Below are positions 28,237-36,627 of a stretch of DNA of 64,000 nucleotides, in pieces (position 1 is the stretch's first letter; every line of letters begins with the position of its first letter). Origin of the DNA: Candidatus Aminicenantes bacterium (lineage in GTDB: Bacteria; Acidobacteriota; Aminicenantia; Aminicenantales; Aminicenantaceae); NCBI GenBank assembly GCA_011049545.1, contig DRHQ01000069.1, forward strand, positions 11,180 through 75,179, given 5' to 3'. A program made the translations under genes and the position numbers. A model generated the notes under the pieces. The model made no database searches. It worked only from the letters and a program-made list of their open reading frames with translations, and was not told where the DNA came from.

Positions 28237-29049
28237 ATGATTCAAAAAAATACGCGGAGATTGTCTTTTTTCCTGGACTCAGTGAAAAATGTTTATTCCA
28301 TCTTCTTTTCAATGGGAAGAAGGGCGAAGAAGACAAAAATCTTTTTCTTATTCAGTTTTTTACCAGTTGTGATTGCCTTTATTATTAAATTTAATCAAAT
28401 TTTTTCGGGCCGCAGCAACGTCCAGGGAATTTATATATTTTCCAACTTGATTGTAGTCTTCTATCTTCAATTTCTTATCCTAATCCTGGCGCTTTTTTTC
28501 GGGACCTCGGTTACTTCAGAGGAAACAGAAGGACAAACACTGGTCTATTTGACAACGCGGCCGATTTCTAAATCCGCAATCGTCCTCGGAAAGTATTCGG
28601 CCTACACGACTCTGGTCATATTGATGATGAGTGTTGGGGTGCTTTTATCGTTTCTTATCTTGAACGTGAATAACCTGGGTAATTTTTCCTTGTATAAGAT
28701 TCTTCTGAGAGATGTGGTTGTTTTAGGCTTGGGCCTTATCTGTTATACAGCATTTTTTACTTTTATCGGGGCTTTTCTAAAGAAATCTATCATAGTCGGG
28801 CTAGTTTTCAGCTTTGGCTGGGAAAACGTGATCCAATATTTTCCAGGCTCCACCCAGCGCTTTTCCATCATTCATTATCTCAAATCCTTGCTGCCAACTT
28901 CTAGCTCAGGAAGGTTTTCCTTTCTGATGTTCAGGCTGGAGCCAAGTCCTATAGGGACCTCTATCTTCATGCTTTTTCTTATTACGGTCATTTTTCTCTG
29001 TTTAGCCTGCATTCTTTTTTCTCAGAAGGAATATATTCTTGGAGATTAA
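28237..29049 (+). CDS. ABC-2 type transporter permease
   Basis: About 6 TM helices; EETEGQTLVYLTTRPISK motif. Confidence 0.88.
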   Translation: MIQKNTRRLSFFLDSVKNVYSIFFSMGRRAKKTKIFFLFSFLPVVIAFIIKFNQIFSGRSNVQGIYIFSNLIVVFYLQFLILILALFFGTSVTSEETEGQTLVYLTTRPISKSAIVLGKYSAYTTLVILMMSVGVLLSFLILNVNNLGNFSLYKILLRDVVVLGLGLICYTAFFTFIGAFLKKSIIVGLVFSFGWENVIQYFPGSTQRFSIIHYLKSLLPTSSSGRFSFLMFRLEPSPIGTSIFMLFLITVIFLCLACILFSQKEYILGD

Positions 29050-29100
29050 TAGAAGAAGATTCCAGTCCATAAAGGCGAGAAAATCGAGTAGAGAAAACTA

Positions 29101-30219
29101 TTAAATATCCTTTTTTTCCTTTTTCGTCTTCTCCATTTTGAGCTTATCAATGATTGTCTGAGGGAGATCTTCGGGAAAACTGGTGTAAATATTTACATGA
29201 TCTGGGAAGGAGGTAATCTCTATCCTATCTAAAATCTCTGCCATGTTTAGATCCTGAATCTGGATCAAAGCTCCCAAGCTTTTATACCCGTTCAAGTTAT
29301 CAGCCAACTCTTGGTTCTTCGTCGGATCGTTGCTCATGATTTTTATGTCAGCAATGATGTTTTTATTTTTATAATCAAGAGAAACAGAGGCAGCATTGAC
29401 GGCTTCCAGGATGACGAGTTCAGGCTTTTCCGATATAGCCTCTTTTATCGCATCAGTGGGGATAAAAGCAGCTCCCCAGAAGATGGCCTCTTTATCAATT
29501 TTCGTGAGCAAAGAAGAAAATCCTTCGTTTTTAAAAACATTCTCTTTCTTTTTTTGTAAAACATCTATCACAGATTTGACTGAATTTTCATTTCCTACAG
29601 CGATGTTCGAATCATCAAGGAATGAAAAGCTCCCACCTTTTTCATGCTTTTTTCCATGCTCTTTCTCTTCTTCCCCGTGTTCTTCTTCTTCTTCTTCTTC
29701 ACATTCTTCTCTAACTGTGTAAATAGTAAAGCCGTTGTATTCCTCTTCAATCAACTCATGTTCTTCTTTTCCCTCTTCTTCTTCCCCATGTTCTTCTTCA
29801 TTTTCTTTCGCTAATTCTTCTTTAATCGTAGAGAGCAAAAGATCTTTATTGTAGGTGAGGTTTATGATTCCGACGCCTTCCTTCTTTCCTTTTTCCGTCT
29901 TTTCTTTTATAGCCCCAACGATGAAATTGATATCCTTGGCGGGATCAATTCCTGTCTTTGCTTTAAATTCCTGAAAATCCGTTAATTCATCTGACGTCTC
30001 ATCGCTTTCTTTCTCATTGATTAGATTATTTATAAAATCAATTGTCATTAATCTTTGGGTATCTATAAAGAAGACAGCTATTACATCTTTGGGAATGAGC
30101 TTAAGCGCGTTTTCAGCATCGGCAGGGCCAGCCTTTGAAACAAACAAACCTCCTTCACAAGATGTAAAAGAACATATAGCGAAAATAACCATAATTCCAA
30201 TCACCGCAAATTTTTTCAT
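29101..30219 (-). CDS. Hypothetical lipoprotein with Glu/His-rich inserts (start moved from 30264 to 30219)
   Basis: AGGAGG RBS before 30219; signal ending FTSC; inserts EEEHGEEEEGKEEHE and EEEEEEEHGEEEKEHGKKHE. Confidence 0.75.
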   Translation of the reverse strand: MKKFAVIGIMVIFAICSFTSCEGGLFVSKAGPADAENALKLIPKDVIAVFFIDTQRLMTIDFINNLINEKESDETSDELTDFQEFKAKTGIDPAKDINFIVGAIKEKTEKGKKEGVGIINLTYNKDLLLSTIKEELAKENEEEHGEEEEGKEEHELIEEEYNGFTIYTVREECEEEEEEEHGEEEKEHGKKHEKGGSFSFLDDSNIAVGNENSVKSVIDVLQKKKENVFKNEGFSSLLTKIDKEAIFWGAAFIPTDAIKEAISEKPELVILEAVNAASVSLDYKNKNIIADIKIMSNDPTKNQELADNLNGYKSLGALIQIQDLNMAEILDRIEITSFPDHVNIYTSFPEDLPQTIIDKLKMEKTKKEKKDI

Positions 30220-30451
30220 TGTTTTTCCTCCTCTATTAGCTAATAAATTTTTTAAAAAACCCAAAAGCTTTAAGCACTATACCAAAAAATTCCTGACATG
30301 GGCAACTGCTTTGTAGCTTACTCGAAAGCTTTTAGCCTGGGTTCACTAGTGTAATACGAAAAAAAAGACTTAAAAGTTTCTAAAATATTCTTTTTTCTGT
30401 TATAAATTAGAGGAAATAGTACCTTGATATTTGGATTGGAACGGAGGAATC

Positions 30452-31765
30452 ATGTCTAAAGAAAGAAAAACCGTTCTTCTCGTATCTTTTCTTATTTTGG
30501 CGCTTCTTCCCGTTTTGTCTGGAAAGGAAGAGACGCCTTCTATTCTCAGTATGCGGGAAAGAAATGCCGTTGTTAATAACTGGTTAAAAATTCGCCTGGA
30601 AACAGTTCTTCCTGAACTGATGAGGCGGGAGAAATTTGATATGTGGGTAGTTATCTGTCGTGAGTACAATGAGGACCCTGTCTTTTTTTCCTTGGTCCCA
30701 TTTAACTCCATCGCTGCTCGTCGTCTAACAATGCTAGTCTTTTATGACAGGGGAAAAAAAGGTATGGAAAAGCTGGCTGTTAGCCGTTACGGGATCGGAG
30801 ATTTTTACGAAGGAGTATGGCAGCCTGATAAAATTGAGCAGTGGGAATGCCTGGCAAAGGTAATAAAAGAACGAAATCCCAAAAGAATCGGGATAAACGA
30901 GTCTGATACATTTGCTTTTGGTGATGGTCTCTCATCCTCATTGAAAAAAAAGCTTCTTCGAATTCTTGGACCCGAATACTCTTCGCGACTTCATTCAGCA
31001 GATGAACTTGCTGTCGGGTGGCTGGAGAGGCGAATACCCGAAGAGCTTGAAGTCTATCCCCATGTTGTAGCCATAGCCCATCAAATCATCACCGAAGCTT
31101 TCTCCCGGGAAATCATCACGCCAGGGGTGACGACAACTCAGGATGTCTCCTGGTGGATCAGGGAAAGGTTCCGGGAGCTGCGATTGAGCAACTGGTTTCA
31201 TCCTTCCGTGTCTTTACAGCGCTTTAAAAAAAGCAATAATAATGGAGGTGTTATCTTAAGAGGAGATCTTTTGCACTGCGACATCGGAATAACTTATCTC
31301 CGACTTAACACAGATACGCAGGAACACGCCTATGTCCTGCGGGAGGGAGAATCTGATGCTCCTCGTGGCTTAAAAGAGGCGTTGAAGCTGGGAAATCGGC
31401 TCCAGGATATTTTGATCGGGGAGTTCAAGGAGGGAAGAACCGGAAACGAAATTCTTGCTGCTGCTTTGAAAAAAGCCAAGGAAGCTGGCCTGAAAGCCAG
31501 CATCTACAGCCATCCCTTGGGCTTTCATGGTCATGCAGCAGGACCAACCATTGGCCTGTGGGATAACCAGGTTAACGTACCTGGAAAAGGAGATTACCGC
31601 CTCAACTATGACACCTGCTATGCAATCGAACTGAACATCAAAACAAACCTTGAAGAGTGGGGAGGTCAGGAAGTTCGTATTGCTCTGGAGCAGGATGGAA
31701 CCTTCACCAGGAAAGGAGTATACTTCATTGACGGACGTCAGACCAAACTCCACATCATAAAATAA
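30452..31765 (+). CDS. Secreted M24-family (Xaa-Pro) aminopeptidase
   Basis: GGAGG RBS then ATG at 30452; signal peptide; HCDIG...NTDTQ, HPLGFHGH, AIEL, LEQD ligands. Confidence 0.88.
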   Translation: MSKERKTVLLVSFLILALLPVLSGKEETPSILSMRERNAVVNNWLKIRLETVLPELMRREKFDMWVVICREYNEDPVFFSLVPFNSIAARRLTMLVFYDRGKKGMEKLAVSRYGIGDFYEGVWQPDKIEQWECLAKVIKERNPKRIGINESDTFAFGDGLSSSLKKKLLRILGPEYSSRLHSADELAVGWLERRIPEELEVYPHVVAIAHQIITEAFSREIITPGVTTTQDVSWWIRERFRELRLSNWFHPSVSLQRFKKSNNNGGVILRGDLLHCDIGITYLRLNTDTQEHAYVLREGESDAPRGLKEALKLGNRLQDILIGEFKEGRTGNEILAAALKKAKEAGLKASIYSHPLGFHGHAAGPTIGLWDNQVNVPGKGDYRLNYDTCYAIELNIKTNLEEWGGQEVRIALEQDGTFTRKGVYFIDGRQTKLHIIK

Positions 31766-31773
31766 AAAATTAG

Positions 31774-32355
31774 ATGATAGAGAAAAAACAAGAATCCAAA
31801 AATCCTTTTCAGCAGCTTGTCGAGGGCCGGAGGAGTATCCGCCGCTACCTGGAAAAGCCTGTTGAAAGAGAGAAGATTTTGACCTGCATCGAAGCTGCCC
31901 GGTTGGCACCGTCTGCAGATAATGTCCAACCCTGGAGGTTTTTAATTATTGACGATCCAGATCTTAAGGCTCGATTTGCTAAAGAGGTTTTTTCAGGAAT
32001 ATATTTCATCACAAAATTTGCAGCCAAGGCTCCGGTTATCATTGTGATACTGGCTAAGCTGGATATTATTGCCAACAGAATAGGTAAACAAATACAGAAC
32101 ATCCAATATTACTATATTGATTCGGGAATAGCTGGTGAACATATCGTGCTTCAAGCCGAGGAACTCGGTCTGGGCACGTGCTGGATTGGCTGGTTCAATC
32201 CCAGAAAAACCAGGAAATTTTTAAAAATTCCTCGTAAATATAAGATCGTCTCGCTTATGGCCATGGGCTACTACGAGAAAAAACCTTCGGGAGAAAAGAA
32301 AAGGAAGAAACTCGAAGAAATAGCCTGGTTCAACAAGATTAAAGAAAAGGACTAG
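31774..32355 (+). CDS. Nitroreductase family protein
   Basis: RRSIRRY, APSADNVQPW, GLGTCWIG. Confidence 0.93.
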   Translation: MIEKKQESKNPFQQLVEGRRSIRRYLEKPVEREKILTCIEAARLAPSADNVQPWRFLIIDDPDLKARFAKEVFSGIYFITKFAAKAPVIIVILAKLDIIANRIGKQIQNIQYYYIDSGIAGEHIVLQAEELGLGTCWIGWFNPRKTRKFLKIPRKYKIVSLMAMGYYEKKPSGEKKRKKLEEIAWFNKIKEKD

Positions 32356-32488
32356 GGGAAAAACCTGGTTTAACCCTCATCCTCTTTTGATGCGTTTCCT
32401 AAAACAGGGAAAATCAGAACTGTTCGCAATTCTTCTTTCCCATTTTTCATATAATTTTCATCAGATAGTCGTCTCCATAGCTTTATGA

Positions 32489-33352
32489 TTATAAAAAGCT
32501 ATAGCTTAATCCAAACGCAATAGCCTGCTTGATTTGGCGTTTATTGGAGATGTCTTTGTCATAGAATAACTTAAAATTAATATTTATATTAATGTATTTG
32601 GAGATCATTATAGTGAAAACGTTATCCCAATTTACGTCTGTTTCATCAAAAGCCTTAAATGCGTAAAAAAGCTCTAATTTAGAGGTAAAAAGTGAATTTT
32701 TAGTGATTTTCCAACTTATATCAGTCACCGATTCAGCTCCGAATTCATTCTTTGTTTTCTCAATTTTATCTACAGTATCCGGGTCATCGGCATACGGTAT
32801 GGGATAATCGCTGGTGATGGTCTGTTTGAGTGCAACACCCAAACGACTTTTTACGATATCGTTTGGTTGATAGCCGACACCAATACTTTCCCGGAAATAT
32901 CCCGGGTCCATAAAAGACGATATCTGCGTTTTTGGCTCCGTACCGTAATTGTAACCTGGTCCAAATTGAGTTTCGGCAGTACAGGCAACGTAAGGATTAA
33001 TAAGTTTTCCAAATTTATACGTAAGGACGCTTTCCAATTTAATCTCATCGATGGACTTGCGGAATTCCTGATCACCGATCTTAGTTGAACCATAGGTAAG
33101 CTTACCGGAGTTAGCCCAATTAAGCCTTTCCTGGTTATTTATAAATTTGAAATTAAAATTTAGCTGCCAGGCGAGAGAATTCTCACCTCCCTGGGTCCAA
33201 TTGCTTAAACTGGTTTGAGTTAAGTTGATCCCTCCAACCATCTCTTTTCGCCAGCCATATTTTGGCTGTTTCTCTGTTTTTTCCTGTGCAAAAACATACG
33301 TTCCCCAAGAGATTGATAGAAACAATACAAGCACAACTGATTTCAATTTCAT
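32489..33352 (-). CDS. DUF3078-like outer-membrane beta-barrel protein
   Basis: Signal peptide; NLTQTSLSNWTQGGENS, RKSIDEI, MDPGY; ends in an aromatic strand (LSYSFL). Confidence 0.75.
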   Translation of the reverse strand: MKLKSVVLVLFLSISWGTYVFAQEKTEKQPKYGWRKEMVGGINLTQTSLSNWTQGGENSLAWQLNFNFKFINNQERLNWANSGKLTYGSTKIGDQEFRKSIDEIKLESVLTYKFGKLINPYVACTAETQFGPGYNYGTEPKTQISSFMDPGYFRESIGVGYQPNDIVKSRLGVALKQTITSDYPIPYADDPDTVDKIEKTKNEFGAESVTDISWKITKNSLFTSKLELFYAFKAFDETDVNWDNVFTIMISKYINININFKLFYDKDISNKRQIKQAIAFGLSYSFL

Positions 33353-33571
33353 GATATCCTCCGTGATTGAAGATTTATTTAAATATCTTTATTAGGTGAT
33401 TCCTCTCAGGTGTCTTGTCGAGTTCCATTCCGTTTATCATAGCGAACTTAGACCTGAGATCTTCTGCCATGCCTGCCTCTCTGGCTTATATCATGGGAAA
33501 AAATTGAATTCAAATTCGGCAAAAAGCAACAGGTAACTGGATCAAGACCTTAAAATAAAAGGATTAAAAGG

Positions 33572-34423
33572 TCAGATTTGGACTTTGAAAATGCCCTTTA
33601 AGACGAAGCCAAGGATAATAGAAAGAGCGAAATAAACCACAAGCCAGGGAGGGATACCAAAGAGCCAGGGGATGCTCCAGCCAAAAAGATTCATATCCTT
33701 GGATTGATATTTCACTTCTATAGCTTTTATCGGCGAGTCTCCTGGAAAGGGAGATTCTCCTGGATTGATAAGTTCATTGATGAAGTTACGTTTAACTTTT
33801 AGAGGAGAAATCTTACTCAGGGGTCTTTGAGCGACAGACACTTTTTTTGTGAATTTTTGACCGTTAACTATAAACGTTAAATCATGAACACCTTTTTCTC
33901 TTGCCTGGAGACGCCAGTTTATCTCCCTTTCTTCTTCAATCCTGAGGGGAGGAGTTTGGATGTCAAAACCTGAGGAGGGTTCGAGAGAAATATCGATGTC
34001 AAGAGGGTTGTGACCTTCTTCCAGTTTAACCTTTAAGATTGTTTCTTGCCCGGGAGTTAAAGCCTCGTAGCCGAACCAGAAGTTAAGCTGGATAAGTATC
34101 AGAATGAGAGGAATGATCATCACCAGCATTGGTTTTGTCGAGTAGCTGATGTATCTTAAATTATAGCGGAGAATGTTTCCCTGCGCCTTAAAAGAGAGGC
34201 TCATACTATCCTTGAACAAGCGAAGCTCGAGGAGATGGGCTTTTATTTTATTCTTGACTCTCTTTATTCCTTCTTGGTTTGAAGTGAAGCGAAAGACAAA
34301 AAGCATCAAGAGCGCTGTTAAAACTGAGATGAGTATCATGCCAATCCAGGGGTTCATGCTTCGGAAAAGGAAAAAGATGAAATCAAAGATTTTGCCGAAA
34401 ACAGAATTAAATATCCACATCAT
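33572..34423 (-). CDS. Membrane protein resembling DUF106/EMC3/TMCO1 (Oxa1 superfamily) with an inserted beta-rich domain
   Basis: Amphipathic N-helix, TM1, basic coiled coil, TM2 KPMLVMIIP, ~130-aa soluble insert, terminal TM WLVVYFALS. Confidence 0.6.
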   Translation of the reverse strand: MMWIFNSVFGKIFDFIFFLFRSMNPWIGMILISVLTALLMLFVFRFTSNQEGIKRVKNKIKAHLLELRLFKDSMSLSFKAQGNILRYNLRYISYSTKPMLVMIIPLILILIQLNFWFGYEALTPGQETILKVKLEEGHNPLDIDISLEPSSGFDIQTPPLRIEEEREINWRLQAREKGVHDLTFIVNGQKFTKKVSVAQRPLSKISPLKVKRNFINELINPGESPFPGDSPIKAIEVKYQSKDMNLFGWSIPWLFGIPPWLVVYFALSIILGFVLKGIFKVQI

Positions 34424-34435
34424 CTTTTTTAATAA

Positions 34436-34627
34436 TTACGAAATGTATCCAAGTCCTTTAAGCTTTTTTTTGATTTCCTCTTCTGAATCGGATTCTTCGA
34501 GTTTTGCAATCTCTTTCTCCAGGCAATGGGTGATGAACTCCTCTGGAGAAGAATAGCCAGCCATTTTGGCGTATTTTTTGACTTTATCCATTAAATCTTT
34601 ATCCAGTTTTATTTTGCCTTTTCCCAT
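34436..34627 (-). CDS. Small 63-aa protein, ribbon-helix-helix-like N-terminus, C-terminal KLKGLGYI motif
   Basis: GGAG RBS; tightly packed between the AlkP gene and the membrane-protein gene; pattern KIKLDKDLMDKVKKYAKMAGYSSPEEFITHCLE. Confidence 0.8.
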   Translation of the reverse strand: MGKGKIKLDKDLMDKVKKYAKMAGYSSPEEFITHCLEKEIAKLEESDSEEEIKKKLKGLGYIS

Positions 34628-34644
34628 TTTTTATCTCCTGAAAT

Positions 34645-36627
34645 CTAAAATATCGGTTTCCCTTTTATTTTCTTTGGTATTTCTACACCGAAGATTTTGA
34701 GTATTGTCGGCGTTAGATCATGAAGAGCCGGAGCTTTGGCCTTTATCTTGCGGTTAGTGAGAATAATTCCAGGAACAACTTCTGGATCCATGCAGTGGTC
34801 TCCACTCCATTTTTCAGTGTTATCCTCAAGAATCTCTTTGGGGATTCTTCCTAATGGAGTAGCCCAGGACGTGCGGTAGCCATGGTTGTAGCCGACAATG
34901 ATATCCGGAGCCAGGTCCACATACGGACCTTGGTAAACATCCTTGGCAATATATGCCCTTAAAACCGGTCTTTCCCCTGTTTTGGGGTCGTGGAAATTTT
35001 CTAATTTAGAAGCGATTTCTCGAACGAGAGCTTCCTTTTCTGAGCCAAGGTTGACAGCGCCTTCAGCTTCTCTTCCCTTTTGGTTAATGTAAAGACTGTT
35101 CAGACCAAAAGAATAAGCTTTGGTTCTAGACCAGTTAGTGTTCATGAAAAGATCTTCTCGACCTTGTTTCCAGGGATTAATTAAGGTATGGTAGCCGCTT
35201 TCTTTAAGCCATGTGTTTAGATTGAAAGCGCGGCGGAAGGAAGAGAATCCGTGATCAGACATGACGATGAACACCGTATCCTTATCCACCTTTTCCATGG
35301 CTCTTGCCAGTAACTTATCCATCTCTTTATAGATATTTTCAATCGTGTTTCCGTATTTTTTTGCTAGGGTAGGATCGTAAGCAGGGTGTTCTTTATCAAT
35401 ATGGCGCCAGAACATGTGCTGGCGTTGATCAGTGCTGGAGAAATAATAGAAAAGAAGCCCGGAGGAAAACCTTGCCAGTTCATAATCGAACATATCCAGC
35501 CTTTCTCCGAGGGCAAGATCGTCCTGCTCAAGGAACTCGCCATCATCCAGAACGTCATTGTCAAGAGCTTTGGTATCAGCCGGAAGACCCTTGGTAAAAA
35601 ATGGACCGAACCTTTTCTCCAGCTCTTCAGAGTATCCCTTGGGAGTGGAGATGGGCAGGACAGCTCGACCGGGGTCAATATTGATTGGTGAAATATAAAG
35701 CTTGAAGTTTGGCCGAACCTGTTTAAGGTAAAACATGCAGATTCCGTTTACACTTTGGGTGGGGATCATCCTGAAGTTAATTCTTTTCCATGAACTCCAC
35801 TCTCTTTCTTTGAGGATAAATTCGTGATCTTGGAACGAAATTTTTACCACCGGATTCACCGGGTCGATAAAGACCTTGAATTCTATTGCTGATTCCGGCC
35901 TATCCTTTTTGAACGCATTCACAGGCCCGAGAAGCTTCGCTTCGACTCTATTGCCGATGACATTGACCGGATGTATTCTTCCTCCACCTATATTCTCCTT
36001 GAGTTCTTTGGCTTCTGTTGTGTAGTAATTGAATATACCGTAGCTTCCGAGTATATCTGGTGTTCCCATGCCGGATATTGTTCTCTGTTTTGTAGGGACA
36101 GGAGGATAGTTAGCCGGAATTTTAAAAATAGTTGCCGGAATATCATAATCTTCGAGAATCTGCCAGAAAGCTTTTCCTTGGCGCATGTTATTTACTTCTC
36201 CTCCTGAAAGGGGAAGCACAAGGTTTCCGATTTGAACTGTTTTTTTTGTCTCTGTAGTTTCGGATGCAGAAAACACAGGGAAGTAGCGGCTAGGATCTCT
36301 GTGGATAAAATCAAATATGGCATGCCCGCCGGGGTTCATTCCAGTGATAAAATTTGACCAAGCCACGGGACTCTGAGGTGGAATGCTTGTTCGGAGGGGC
36401 ATAAAATCTCCCTGGCGCGCCAGCCTCTGGAAATTAGGTAGTTTTCCTTCTTTCATCCATAGCTGAAGAAGGCGAGGATCTATCCCATCAAGTCCAAGGA
36501 TAAGGACTTTTTGGGGAGTCTCCCTCTTTCCAAAAGCTTTTGTAGCCAGGTCTGAGCTTCCCAAAGTCAGAAGAGACCCCGCAGCCAAGCTTAATTTGAT
36601 AAATTCTCTTCGGTCTATGTGGTTCAT
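34645..36627 (-). CDS. Tat-exported AlkP-superfamily (COG3379-like) phosphodiesterase/phosphotransferase
   Basis: DRREFIK Tat motif; LGLDG, PPQSPVAWSNFITGMNPGGH, TDQRQH, MSDHG, WSGDH. Confidence 0.88.
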   Translation of the reverse strand: MNHIDRREFIKLSLAAGSLLTLGSSDLATKAFGKRETPQKVLILGLDGIDPRLLQLWMKEGKLPNFQRLARQGDFMPLRTSIPPQSPVAWSNFITGMNPGGHAIFDFIHRDPSRYFPVFSASETTETKKTVQIGNLVLPLSGGEVNNMRQGKAFWQILEDYDIPATIFKIPANYPPVPTKQRTISGMGTPDILGSYGIFNYYTTEAKELKENIGGGRIHPVNVIGNRVEAKLLGPVNAFKKDRPESAIEFKVFIDPVNPVVKISFQDHEFILKEREWSSWKRINFRMIPTQSVNGICMFYLKQVRPNFKLYISPINIDPGRAVLPISTPKGYSEELEKRFGPFFTKGLPADTKALDNDVLDDGEFLEQDDLALGERLDMFDYELARFSSGLLFYYFSSTDQRQHMFWRHIDKEHPAYDPTLAKKYGNTIENIYKEMDKLLARAMEKVDKDTVFIVMSDHGFSSFRRAFNLNTWLKESGYHTLINPWKQGREDLFMNTNWSRTKAYSFGLNSLYINQKGREAEGAVNLGSEKEALVREIASKLENFHDPKTGERPVLRAYIAKDVYQGPYVDLAPDIIVGYNHGYRTSWATPLGRIPKEILEDNTEKWSGDHCMDPEVVPGIILTNRKIKAKAPALHDLTPTILKIFGVEIPKKIKGKPIF

